Virus record (IMG/VR): IMGVR_UViG_3300028844_005393
Span: 16,181-80,180 of that record
DNA from: a virus
Reading direction: 5' to 3' (one strand)
DNA length: 64,000 nucleotides
Part shown: in pieces, positions 20,201 through 30,213 of the stretch
Position numbering within the stretch: position 1 is the first letter of the stretch
Layout: the number at the start of each line of letters is the position of its first letter
The notes under the pieces: model-generated
Databases searched by the model: none
The model's input: only the letters and a program-made list of their open reading frames with translations
Told to the model about the DNA's origin: nothing
Translations under genes and position numbers: made by a program

Positions 20201-23200
20201 GCAGGTAAAGAAGCATCTTTCGTAACAATTTATTCTGATAGTGCAAAGAAAATAAGAAAAAACAAAGATGGTAAGGACGAATATTATTATGATCCATTAT
20301 ATACTCTTGCTGAAATTGGAGCACATGATACTCTCAACGGAGAAATTGTACGACTTTCGTTTGGATTATCTCATCAATCGGTTATTGATGATAGTCAATC
20401 TGATAAATTTAGAAATGATTTACATTCTGTTGATTTTAGATATGAAGGAAGTGTTGAAGGAGAACACTATACAATAAGTGAACTTAGAACAAGGCGATTT
20501 AGTAAAAACAATGGATTCTATCCAATTATACAATCAGACCGTTCGTGGGATTTTGGAATATATAAGAATGAAAATTTTCGTGATAACTATGGAAAGTTTT
20601 ATATAAATTTTTACAACACAGATGGTGTAATTTTATGTCCAGAGAAAAACTCAAATCCTATATACTTTGATAAAGATATTGAGTATGACATCTTGATTAA
20701 TTGTCGGACATCTAACATTGAAACGGACAGTAAAATATCAATTCATGTAAAAAGAGTATATGATTCTGAAGAAATATTTACAACAGAGATTGATATATTA
20801 GTATCAGAGTTTACTTCTTTACGTGTTTTTAAAACCAAAAACTTATATTTCGGAAACTATGAATCAGTTAATAAGTTCCGTGGAACACTTGACAAACTTA
20901 GAATATATTCGGATGAAGTTTCCGAAAGGCGATTTTTAAGTCACATAAATAACAACCAAGGATACGACTTGGATGATTATTTAAAACTAGAAAATTCATT
21001 ACACGTAAAGGTAAATTTTGATCACCCATATTCATTGGTAAATGATACAAAACATACTACTTTCAAATCTGCATTAATTGGTTCGGGTGTAGATAAAACT
21101 GGTAAAGGAGAATATTCAGGACAAATAGACTCCGAGGGTTTACGAGATTATACAGAAGGTTCTCGTGTAATAATAACATTTGAAAAAGACAATAAAGAAG
21201 AAGCAATAGAAACTGTAATAAACTCAAATACAGGAGTATTGCGTTTTAATTTACAAAAAGACTACAACATTGAGTTAATAAATAAACCAAGCATACGGTT
21301 ATCATCAACCACTAATTCAATAAAGAACTATGCACTTGCTGATAATGCCCAAGATATAACGGCATATAACTTTAACAAAACAGAGTATCCATATAACTTT
21401 GTTGGAAAAAATAGAACAGAAATAAGCAATTTACCCTCAATGGGGGCAAAGTCTTTTAACAACAATAAAATAAGAATTGAAACTCAAACAAAAGTGTCTC
21501 AATTAAGTCCTATTGCAAGGGCAACTAAAAAGTCTAAAGATAGGCATCCTGTTGATTCAAATAATTTAGGTGTGTACTTTAGTCCAACTGATATTGTAAA
21601 TCAAGAAATAATAAGATTTTTTGGACAAATAAATATGGGTGATTTTATCGGAGACCCACAAGAAACATACTCACATTATTACAAAAAGTTTGAAGGTTTG
21701 CGGCGTGTATTTTTTAAACACGGATTTGGAAAACTTGATATACAAAACTACTTTAATCTAATTAAGTCTTATATAGATCCTTCCTTGTTTGAAAACTTGG
21801 AAAAAATAGTTCCAGCAAGAGCAAATTTAATTTCTGGATTATTGGTAGAACCATCTTTACTTGAAAGAAACAAAATAATTCCACCACGGATACAGTCGGG
21901 AACATGGATTGATTTGGAAGAAAATGATGTTTCTGATAAAAAGAAAATACAAGAAATACTAAATATAGATTTTAAGATTGGCAACGGCCGAAACAACATA
22001 TCTACATTTGGAAACGAACGGTTGTATATCAAAAACAAAAATACAGATTACAAACTCACACATGAATCTAAAATAAAAGTATTTGATAATGAATCGGATT
22101 CTACATACAACTACAACTATAGTGGAAGTTTAATCGGAGAGGACATTAAAGATTATACTCGTGATTTATTTACAATAAATGGATTAACTGAGTATAAAGG
22201 AAAGTTGTGTCGTGTTGAAGAACTAAACGAAGAAAAAGAAATCGGAATTCAATACAGTGGCAAGTTAGTGAACTATGATATTTTCTTAAATGATGGAATT
22301 CAACTCATGGGACTCAAGTTTGGACTTGAATCAGCAAATGGGGTTTATGAATTTATATTTAAAGGAAACTCGGGTTTACCTGTATTTGCAAACCAAAACA
22401 GAAAGTGGTGGGTATTTTATTCATCACATAAAAATAGATGGATACTTGCATCAGACAATACGGTGGATGGAGGAAAGTATTTAGCACTGAATCGTAATAA
22501 AAAGTTTGAAAACTATACTTGGTTGGGTGGTAACAGAATAATAGACAGTAATACAAACTCACCCGAGTGGTTTAGCACCGGGTTCAATAATTCAATAGAG
22601 TCGGATAATTTACCAAATGAAAAAGCAGATTATTTTGGAAGAGTAAACTTTGTATCAAAGTATAATAGATTTATAGATTGCGATGCTTATTTACAAGGTT
22701 GGGTAAACGCGGAATTGTATGGAATATATGATGGAGAGTTAATAGAAAGAGTTTTTGTTGACTCCAATACATTTGAAAATATTAAGAAACCAAAACAAGA
22801 ATATATATTCTCGGGTGAAAAGAAGTATGTCTATTTCAACGGAAACTTCAGAGGAAAACTTCAAAACGGATGGGTGGGAAGTAAACAAATACAACAAGAA
22901 AATTCAAATAAGATAATAAGAATAATAGGATTTTTTGATGGAAAAAATCACGACTCATGTGAAAAACCATATTATACATCGGGTGAAATCAACTCACTTG
23001 TCAGTTTTGATAACCGTGACAAGTTGGTATTTGATTATAGAAATTTTGATAGCAATAATGTTAGGTATACTAAAAAGAATTTCAAGAACTTTAATTTAGT
23101 AAAAGTTCCCAATAAAATAAACTTTGATAACAAATTTGATTTCAAATTCGTATCTGATTTTAATATTAAGAACCAAGGAATTTCAGATTTAGTTGATCTA

Positions 23201-26200
23201 GCAAGTGGTGAGTTAAATAAAGATTACACAATAGAAACAACTGATATTTTTTATTCACCTTCATTATACAAGATTTCCACAAAATATAATTTAAATCTGA
23301 GAACAAATTCTATATTAGATGTAAAATTTATAGCAAAGAAAATAAGTTATAGAATCAAAAACTCTGATGTTATTTTAAAGTTAAAAAATTCTACCTTAAA
23401 ATTTAATTTTACAAATAATGAATTTAACGGAAATGAAATAATAAGTCGTGGAGAAGACTTTCAAGTAGGATCAATCTACAACCAAGCAGGAGAAAAACTT
23501 AGAGGAAATGCAAAAGAACTTATTGCAGATGTAAAGAAAAGCATCAATTACAAAGTGCACACAGAAACCGCAACTCAGGCAGATAAAGTAATTGAAAATG
23601 AAAACGATTTTTGCTTGGTAGTTGCAGGTGATTCTCTTGACAATTTTAATTTCATATTCATGGTTGTGCTTGGAAAGAAAGTAGAATTCCAAACAAGCAT
23701 GGATAATCAAAACTTTTTTAATAACACTTATATCAAAAAAGTTGAAAAGCAAACGTCACATGAACCAACTCCAATGCACATAAATAAAATACCGCAGTTC
23801 GTTAGAAAAATAGAATTCATAGAAAGTGGGTTGGGTTATATAGGTGATGAAATTGTAGAAGTATATGGTAAACGACCATTGAATTGGAAATCTTCATGGC
23901 CACAAAAGTTAAAAGCAGATAGTTTATTTAATATAGACAGAGATACGGGAGAAATTAAAGGAGTTAAATTTGATAACTTCTTAATATCTGGACTTAACTG
24001 GATTACAGATGAAACTATATCATATATTGATACACCTTTAATTAAAATAGAAAAACCAATTAAATCAGAACGTTTTACGAAAAGAGAACCTGCTGAACTT
24101 AGAATTGTGACAGGCGAACCAACACCACAAGTTTCTGCAAAAGTAACATTACAAAATTTTGTTAATTTAGAACTTGGTGATACAATAGGTAAGTCATTAA
24201 GATCAGCAAATATGTTCTTTGAAGGAAGTGAATTGATAAGATACGACACAGGACTAATTCATACTAAGAAAACAAACATCCAAACATCGGAGAAACGTTC
24301 TAGTAGAAGATTGAATTCCACAGAAGTTATTGTATTTTCAAACGAATCAATTTTGAATTTTGAAATGTATTTAGATAGCAAGATACGAGATATTATGCGG
24401 ATGGATATATGTGGAAATGAAACACCAATTACATCCGACACATATGATATTCAAATTAACAACTATATAAATGAAGATGATGACGAAGTAGATTATGATA
24501 TTTCATATGTAAAAAATCGTGAGGTAGTAAATAATTTCTTTGTTATATTAAATGAGCTGGAAGCAAAAGACCACGAGAAACAAATTGATGATGAACAATA
24601 TATCAACAAAATATCTAAAATAAATGAAAATAGATTTTCAAGTGGCTACATAAGAATAAATGGTTTTAATACAAACCAATCAACTGCAAACGGAATTTAT
24701 AGATTTAGAAATGATATATCGTATTGCGATAAGTTTGGTAGTAATAATGTACCAATTCCAACTTACACAAACGAAAATAAAGAGTGGATTATTACTTATG
24801 ATGAAGATATTAAAAAGTGGAAATTAAGAAACATAAAAACATTTGACTTTATTGTATCTAAAACAAAATTTATTGAAGACGGATTTCTTGCAAGTGAAAG
24901 TAACAACCAAGGTTTTTATACAGGTCGGGAAGTTATATTAAAACCAGAGTTTAAAGTTGATCGCAATGGAATAGTTTTTGATGAAGATGAAAATATCATT
25001 GGAAACACATTCCAAGAAGCAAATGTAAATGTAAGCAATAGGTTCAAGATAGTTCCAAACAAATTATTATTTAAACTCAATAAAGAAAACTTTAATAATT
25101 TTTTAATGTGGAAAGTTCAAATTACATCCAAGACAAATAAAAAATTTGTGTTTGAGATGCCAATTGTGTACATAAACTCAGATTCAAACGATGAGTTATT
25201 TTTAACAAAGTATAATAATTTAGAGGATAAATTAAAACAACTCAGTGTTACACAATTTCAAGAAACGAGTGAGTGTAGTTTAAATTTTCAAAATGCTATA
25301 TCATGGAAAATAAAGTTATATAATGAAAATAAAGGTGAGTTCTCTGCTACAAAGAAAATAAAAACACAAGGAGTCACTTATTTAAACTCAACTTGCTTTT
25401 CAAAGATAATAGATACTGATGCGGAAGGAAGGTATTCGTATGTTGCTGATAAAATTATTAATGACAAAAGTACATTACTGGAATATTCAGAGTATCACAA
25501 ACAATGGAAACTAAAAACCATAGACAGAAGTGTTACGTTGTCTATGAATAAAAAATACCCAAAATGTGGTGTTTACAAAACAACTACCAAAAACATATAC
25601 GGAATTTGTGAATACGAAAAAGCAGATGATTCAGGAAACCTAGCAATAAGATTTAGAAACTTTGATGAAGAATATGAAAACGCAAATGGTTTATATTTTT
25701 CATATGGTTATCTTGAGACTGGTGAACATTTATTTAGAAATGAAAACTCAAATTGGTTATTTTATACAACAGATGGTGGAAATACTTGGGATGTTAGGGA
25801 TGATAGAAACTATCCATCATTTAAGATTGAAATGTATAGTGAAATTGAACAAGTGGGTGTGTACACAGATAGTACAGAAAATATTAAAGTATTTCTTAAC
25901 TTTGAAGTTGATTTTGAGTTTGAAAATAAAAGAGATTTTCTAGATGTAGACAAAGATACATTGGCACTAAAAAGTAATTTAAATAAAATATTAGTGTACA
26001 ATAAAACAGGATATGAAAAAGATGTTTCTAATGACATGAACCTTGATGTAAGAATTGATATAGTTAATGCAAAAAAGAAATCAGAATATTGGTCATCAAT
26101 TCCGTGTAAAAATCAAAAAAACATAAATGATCTTTATATGCACAATAATCTGTTTCTAAAAACTACAAATGAAATTTTTGTTGATGAAGATGGAAACGAT

Positions 26201-28588
26201 AACTTCCAAATAGAATTAAATGTAAATAAGACCAAGAATGTGTTAGATGAATATAAACATTTTAAAACTAATTTATCAAACATAGAAGAAACAAAAACAA
26301 TAGATGTGGGTGAACTTTATTCAAATAAATTCAGTACATCCATAAAATACAAAGTTGGTGATATAGTATTTTTAAATGAAATGATGTGGGAATGTAAAAA
26401 AGATATTCCTGAAAACAGAAGTGTAATTCCTGGAATAGATTTTGATACGGGTAATCATTGGAAAATTATTAGTAAAAATTTCACAGAGTTACACATCACC
26501 ACTGAAATCCAAATAGAAAAGAAAAAGTATCGTGATATAACTAAAATTAACAACCATGATTTTCATTATACAAAAGAATTTGTTAAATTATTTAAATCAA
26601 AAAATCAGTTGGAAAGTGGTATAGATGAAGATTTTGAATCAAGTATATTTAAAAGATACAAAACTGATAAGAAGTATATGCCTTTTGATTTGGGCAATAT
26701 AGGAAAGCACAAAGATATAATACCTCATGGTAGGGTAAAAACACACACATACAATACCTATACAAGAAATATGGGTGTGTCTGATAACACAACCGATACA
26801 ACAATTGATAAAAGTGGATATTTGTGTGGAAAACCAACTATTGTAAGAACATACAAAAAGAACGAAGATAGGAAAGAGGAATATAGAAAAGATTCTTTTT
26901 GGTTTAACCAAGACAAAAAACACACACGAACAAGTGAACCTCAAAACTTGTACGAAAAACCAGAACAAGAACCAATTATTTCTTTTAGATTTGAGAAGTT
27001 TGATGTACTGAAAAATATATCACTTGTGGTAAGTGGGTTTACAACCGACCAAACCAAAGATTCAAATGGAAAATACGAGCAAATAAATAGTTCGTACAAT
27101 GATACAAATGTATATAAAAACGATAAAGGATACATCATATACAAAACAAATCAATGTTGGATTTTGATAAAATCAAATAAACCAATGGAACTTTCTGAAC
27201 TTATAGATTCAAATTCAGATTACACTACAAGTGAATCAAAGAAAATAGACGGTGAGTTGAATGGAAATTTTGGAAGTAGTGCAAATTTCACAAATCAGGT
27301 TGGGTTTGTAGAAATCTTAACGGATGAAATAATAGAAAAAACCCCAACTCCAACACCGGAAGTAACACCCACCCCAACTCAAACTCCGACTCCGAGTTTA
27401 TTGGATGATGAATCACCCGATGATCCAATTGCAAAGACAACACCTACACCCACACAAACAACCACACCTACACAAACTCCAAAAGAAAAAACACCGACAC
27501 CTGTGAGTAAAGAAGAAGAAAAATTATTTTTATATGAATTTAATGACCTTGCAATAACTTCAAAAAAATATGATTTATCCAAAAATCCAGAAGAAGTGGA
27601 AAAAGAAATAAAAGAAGATTTAGATAATAACAAAATAATTGTATCTGGTATAATGACAGTTGAAGAACTGTCGGAACGGGAAAGTGTTCTTACAAAAATA
27701 CCAACTTCAATAGAAAACTTTGGGGTAACGGTTGCGAGTTATTCAAAAATGATAGATAATGACTTAATAACAACAGATAATGTTACAAAGTATGGTTGGA
27801 CATCAACTGGTACGGTTTTAAAAGGAAAATTTAGATCATTTTATGTTTCAAGGAATAAAGCAGGAAGAACCCATAAATACGATAATCAAAATATATTTGC
27901 AGAATATGGTTATTATATAAAAAGTTGGTTTGGCCCACGCCCTGTTGTGGTAAAGTTGTTAAACCAAACAGCCGCAGTAACTGACCTAGAAGCAACAAGT
28001 GGGTTATCTGAAGGTGTTAAGCTAACATGGAAACCATCCTATAATGCCGTATACATTAGAATAGAATATAAAAATAAAAGTTCAAGTGAATGGAAAGTGT
28101 TAGAGGATAAAATTTCTCAAATCAGAGCAACGGGTGGATACGTTGACTCAGATATAAACTTAGATGAAGAACGAACATATCGTGTAATTTCCGTGGGGTT
28201 GTCCGGTAAAGAGACTATATCAGAAGAAGTTACTGGTTGGAAATTGGGAATACCAGCTTCTCCTGAATACGTAAATGCTTCTTATGATAAATTCGCAGAT
28301 AAAATTGAATTATCATGGGATGCGTCTGGATTAAACTCTCAGTTTAATAAGACAGATAATTATACAATTTTAAGATCAGAAACAAATGAATTTGAAGACT
28401 TCTCTACATATCAAGTTATAGCAACAGAGGTAACCAACTCAAATTATGTAGATGTTTTTAGTTTTACACCAAATAAAATCTTTTGGTATGTAGTTGTAGC
28501 AAACAACGAAAAAACAAAAATGATGACGTCAGAAGAATACAATAAAAAGAAGAACTGGTCAAAGTCAGCTGCCGGAAAAACAAAATAA
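17231..28588 (+). CDS. Giant multidomain baseplate/tail protein (3785 aa)
   Basis: gp7/P2-gpI-like segment (IPEFL..FLDMIGEQFD..WRRILNNLPYILKT.GT..SIRAL..YG), one SWKNFRE domain, LamG-like remnant, several G-x-NGxY modules, CBM5/12-like motif, PT linker, two C-terminal Fn3-like domains. Confidence 0.75.
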   Translation: MTKILQHTFASSADNENNILRHISLSSDDFNKIKESESSGELFGVNSKDVIEFSAFTQSNELVGWKTIEQAPSYSTKNITHLNTSGELENKTISYLQSLYPKTKNGEVIISPKHELGLLGIEQGEYKIRISYKNDIVGSFDNPYKFEIKEISSSRTEIKAVAQSFKNSVNPNQVSLNFEYSNFINRRIVVAHILEKTKDLLLTKSFKDELETKEFSAKTSDYELYIEKTKKAFSLSELEILTELDSIYTNLKDTYTNFLYGSYNEVFTEGRFYTEFVNLVDYTLSTFSRFVQEDNKDIRLFYKFMLLQMYDESVITNVYKKRFDTYLNNGMNFGNGLYIPFLRYTSYTDDSLAENSNDVLLIKLLTPLEDNIEEGVNFYISQTPYSDDIIKSLVLRTIAEKSSNTFKLRGPNISTKLTSNSTKKYSLSDEEKTESLGRDETSAENFFKTTNTEIENLNIDYSDFKNFVKYSSARSRLDNFILKLTNISKLKFKINETIRNINKLDRDVAEGLVGANEAERSKEVLKNEDIKKYNESIIEIFKSFTPYDKFLYFDDNEAAWPRETSFQISGFVGKNNYLIKSANGFYKLHASRKYDIDKVFINEDNHSWQIRWDAIVSKWRLFNEDSDDYIYSNNSNLNSGFTASETNQSGFDSESSLFKLGTLEDDYTQGKAVFPPELIPTTVIDFQKTEGYNWYQIKAKEADLYDRYNDDSLRNSIPEFLVRTNENDEFTLFLDMIGEQFDILSVYAENMREVSYARNSLNKGIPNQLVWFVMNSFGVRLSGRTTDDSTIGKQFEENRDIVWRRILNNLPYILKTTGTENSIRALFRCYGIPDHLFKIREYGGINYNTDTEDSDANFKISTFDYSLQVDEPDQYLHIPIDLGETNTNSCAFEMKLTTHAEFFEQIQDTETFDELNSGTLPANTGTSVSISNLINSEDDYIINSTSPTFYSKHKDEVSFVPEKWKHTKSTMAISWKNFREGVSFSYPQVTAGKEASFVTIYSDSAKKIRKNKDGKDEYYYDPLYTLAEIGAHDTLNGEIVRLSFGLSHQSVIDDSQSDKFRNDLHSVDFRYEGSVEGEHYTISELRTRRFSKNNGFYPIIQSDRSWDFGIYKNENFRDNYGKFYINFYNTDGVILCPEKNSNPIYFDKDIEYDILINCRTSNIETDSKISIHVKRVYDSEEIFTTEIDILVSEFTSLRVFKTKNLYFGNYESVNKFRGTLDKLRIYSDEVSERRFLSHINNNQGYDLDDYLKLENSLHVKVNFDHPYSLVNDTKHTTFKSALIGSGVDKTGKGEYSGQIDSEGLRDYTEGSRVIITFEKDNKEEAIETVINSNTGVLRFNLQKDYNIELINKPSIRLSSTTNSIKNYALADNAQDITAYNFNKTEYPYNFVGKNRTEISNLPSMGAKSFNNNKIRIETQTKVSQLSPIARATKKSKDRHPVDSNNLGVYFSPTDIVNQEIIRFFGQINMGDFIGDPQETYSHYYKKFEGLRRVFFKHGFGKLDIQNYFNLIKSYIDPSLFENLEKIVPARANLISGLLVEPSLLERNKIIPPRIQSGTWIDLEENDVSDKKKIQEILNIDFKIGNGRNNISTFGNERLYIKNKNTDYKLTHESKIKVFDNESDSTYNYNYSGSLIGEDIKDYTRDLFTINGLTEYKGKLCRVEELNEEKEIGIQYSGKLVNYDIFLNDGIQLMGLKFGLESANGVYEFIFKGNSGLPVFANQNRKWWVFYSSHKNRWILASDNTVDGGKYLALNRNKKFENYTWLGGNRIIDSNTNSPEWFSTGFNNSIESDNLPNEKADYFGRVNFVSKYNRFIDCDAYLQGWVNAELYGIYDGELIERVFVDSNTFENIKKPKQEYIFSGEKKYVYFNGNFRGKLQNGWVGSKQIQQENSNKIIRIIGFFDGKNHDSCEKPYYTSGEINSLVSFDNRDKLVFDYRNFDSNNVRYTKKNFKNFNLVKVPNKINFDNKFDFKFVSDFNIKNQGISDLVDLASGELNKDYTIETTDIFYSPSLYKISTKYNLNLRTNSILDVKFIAKKISYRIKNSDVILKLKNSTLKFNFTNNEFNGNEIISRGEDFQVGSIYNQAGEKLRGNAKELIADVKKSINYKVHTETATQADKVIENENDFCLVVAGDSLDNFNFIFMVVLGKKVEFQTSMDNQNFFNNTYIKKVEKQTSHEPTPMHINKIPQFVRKIEFIESGLGYIGDEIVEVYGKRPLNWKSSWPQKLKADSLFNIDRDTGEIKGVKFDNFLISGLNWITDETISYIDTPLIKIEKPIKSERFTKREPAELRIVTGEPTPQVSAKVTLQNFVNLELGDTIGKSLRSANMFFEGSELIRYDTGLIHTKKTNIQTSEKRSSRRLNSTEVIVFSNESILNFEMYLDSKIRDIMRMDICGNETPITSDTYDIQINNYINEDDDEVDYDISYVKNREVVNNFFVILNELEAKDHEKQIDDEQYINKISKINENRFSSGYIRINGFNTNQSTANGIYRFRNDISYCDKFGSNNVPIPTYTNENKEWIITYDEDIKKWKLRNIKTFDFIVSKTKFIEDGFLASESNNQGFYTGREVILKPEFKVDRNGIVFDEDENIIGNTFQEANVNVSNRFKIVPNKLLFKLNKENFNNFLMWKVQITSKTNKKFVFEMPIVYINSDSNDELFLTKYNNLEDKLKQLSVTQFQETSECSLNFQNAISWKIKLYNENKGEFSATKKIKTQGVTYLNSTCFSKIIDTDAEGRYSYVADKIINDKSTLLEYSEYHKQWKLKTIDRSVTLSMNKKYPKCGVYKTTTKNIYGICEYEKADDSGNLAIRFRNFDEEYENANGLYFSYGYLETGEHLFRNENSNWLFYTTDGGNTWDVRDDRNYPSFKIEMYSEIEQVGVYTDSTENIKVFLNFEVDFEFENKRDFLDVDKDTLALKSNLNKILVYNKTGYEKDVSNDMNLDVRIDIVNAKKKSEYWSSIPCKNQKNINDLYMHNNLFLKTTNEIFVDEDGNDNFQIELNVNKTKNVLDEYKHFKTNLSNIEETKTIDVGELYSNKFSTSIKYKVGDIVFLNEMMWECKKDIPENRSVIPGIDFDTGNHWKIISKNFTELHITTEIQIEKKKYRDITKINNHDFHYTKEFVKLFKSKNQLESGIDEDFESSIFKRYKTDKKYMPFDLGNIGKHKDIIPHGRVKTHTYNTYTRNMGVSDNTTDTTIDKSGYLCGKPTIVRTYKKNEDRKEEYRKDSFWFNQDKKHTRTSEPQNLYEKPEQEPIISFRFEKFDVLKNISLVVSGFTTDQTKDSNGKYEQINSSYNDTNVYKNDKGYIIYKTNQCWILIKSNKPMELSELIDSNSDYTTSESKKIDGELNGNFGSSANFTNQVGFVEILTDEIIEKTPTPTPEVTPTPTQTPTPSLLDDESPDDPIAKTTPTPTQTTTPTQTPKEKTPTPVSKEEEKLFLYEFNDLAITSKKYDLSKNPEEVEKEIKEDLDNNKIIVSGIMTVEELSERESVLTKIPTSIENFGVTVASYSKMIDNDLITTDNVTKYGWTSTGTVLKGKFRSFYVSRNKAGRTHKYDNQNIFAEYGYYIKSWFGPRPVVVKLLNQTAAVTDLEATSGLSEGVKLTWKPSYNAVYIRIEYKNKSSSEWKVLEDKISQIRATGGYVDSDINLDEERTYRVISVGLSGKETISEEVTGWKLGIPASPEYVNASYDKFADKIELSWDASGLNSQFNKTDNYTILRSETNEFEDFSTYQVIATEVTNSNYVDVFSFTPNKIFWYVVVANNEKTKMMTSEEYNKKKNWSKSAAGKTK

Positions 28589-29485
28589 ATGAATTCATTA
28601 CACAAATTATATTCAGAAGATACAACTAAAGTAAATGCAGTTTTGTATAATGGCAAGTTGATAAGTGCGGGTCCTGGTCGTGGATTCAAAACTGCAATTG
28701 AATTTAGTAACGATTCCTATTCATCTGATAGTTCAAAATCATTTGCTGATATTAATTGTGACTCATTCACAACAAACGAATTATCAATTGCATTTTGGAT
28801 ACACCCCAAAAATGAAAGTTATCGTGATGCACCCATTTTTATGAATGAGCATAACGATAAAACAACTGGAATATTTTACAATTGCGGATCAACCTCCGAA
28901 GGTCATCTTGGAATATGTTGGGATGACGATAAAAACACCACTCCACAGAAATTAGGAATAAATATAACCGATGTGGGGTGGGTTCATTTTGCTTTTATAT
29001 TTGAAAAAACTGGTATGGTAAAAGTATTCGGAAATGGTAAATATCTGCAAAAAGTTGATATGGGTCGTGGTTTTGAAAAAGTAAATTTTTCTAATATGAG
29101 AATTGGTGGATTTACGGGGTGGTTAGATGACTTTAAAGTATATCATTATCCACTAAAATACGGAAATGTTAATTTGAATGAAAATGCAACTCAAAACATT
29201 GCTTATATTTTTAATACAAGCAGAAAAACAGGAGAATTTTCTATTCCGGTTGACATTGATGCAAAAGAAAAAAATGAACCTTTTTATTATCTACAAGACG
29301 AAGAATATGTAAAATCACATCAAAGTTACAATCTAGAAACTCAAAATAATCAAGATTACTATAACGATGAATCACGGCATCCAATCATAGGTGGAGTAAA
29401 TGATGGTAAGTTACAACTTGCTGATGGTGATTTTAGAACTTTTTTGGGAAAGATTTATGCCGAACCACTTGAAGAAGATAAATAA
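28589..29485 (+). CDS. LamG/concanavalin A-like domain virion protein
   Basis: SIAFWIHP..WVHFAF..KVFGNG..IGGFTGWLDDFKVY. Confidence 0.8.
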   Translation: MNSLHKLYSEDTTKVNAVLYNGKLISAGPGRGFKTAIEFSNDSYSSDSSKSFADINCDSFTTNELSIAFWIHPKNESYRDAPIFMNEHNDKTTGIFYNCGSTSEGHLGICWDDDKNTTPQKLGINITDVGWVHFAFIFEKTGMVKVFGNGKYLQKVDMGRGFEKVNFSNMRIGGFTGWLDDFKVYHYPLKYGNVNLNENATQNIAYIFNTSRKTGEFSIPVDIDAKEKNEPFYYLQDEEYVKSHQSYNLETQNNQDYYNDESRHPIIGGVNDGKLQLADGDFRTFLGKIYAEPLEEDK

Positions 29486-29541
29486 AAAATCTTATATATA
29501 AATATTTATATGAAATAATTTTAAATTAAATATATATTAGT

Positions 29542-30213
29542 ATGGGTTATTTAAATAATGAGACTATTACCGTTCATGCGGTACTCACTCGCAAAGGAAG
29601 AGAACTTCTTGCGTCGGAGAATGGATTGAATATAACAAGTTTTGCACTGGCAGATGATGAAGTTGATTATACATTGTATGATCCAAACCATCCCGAGGGA
29701 TCACAATACTATGATTCTGCATTAAGAAACATACCAGTTTTTGAACCACTTACAGACGAAACCCAATGTTTGAAATATAAATTAGTAACACTTCCACCTG
29801 GAACCGAGTACATTCCAACTATAAAACTTGGTCAGCAAAATATAATTGTTGATAAAACATACAATGGTGTTATTAACATCACACCTACCACAGAACCTGT
29901 GTATAATACAACACTTGGTTATACCGCAGTGTTATCAAATAGAAATGTTGGAACATTGACCGGAACTGGATTAGATGTAGAGTCATCACAAACTGCTTCT
30001 ATATTTTTAGGTGACACTTCAAGTGAAATGGCAACTACTGAAGTTGGATTTTCATTTACATTTAAACCAAACAAAAGCATCACCGCAGATCAAAGAGCAA
30101 CACTTACAATCATTGGAAATGAAAGTGGTGGTTCTACATCAATACCTGTGGTAGTCACCGTGGTTTCGTCAACAGAAACTTCGGAACAGGGAACTATTAA
30201 TACTTTCTTATGA
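29542..30213 (+). CDS. Baseplate/tail-fibre-associated structural protein
   Basis: MGYLNN..VLTRKGRELLA..ITSFALADDEVDY, an N-terminus typical of fibre-attachment proteins. Confidence 0.65.
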   Translation: MGYLNNETITVHAVLTRKGRELLASENGLNITSFALADDEVDYTLYDPNHPEGSQYYDSALRNIPVFEPLTDETQCLKYKLVTLPPGTEYIPTIKLGQQNIIVDKTYNGVINITPTTEPVYNTTLGYTAVLSNRNVGTLTGTGLDVESSQTASIFLGDTSSEMATTEVGFSFTFKPNKSITADQRATLTIIGNESGGSTSIPVVVTVVSSTETSEQGTINTFL

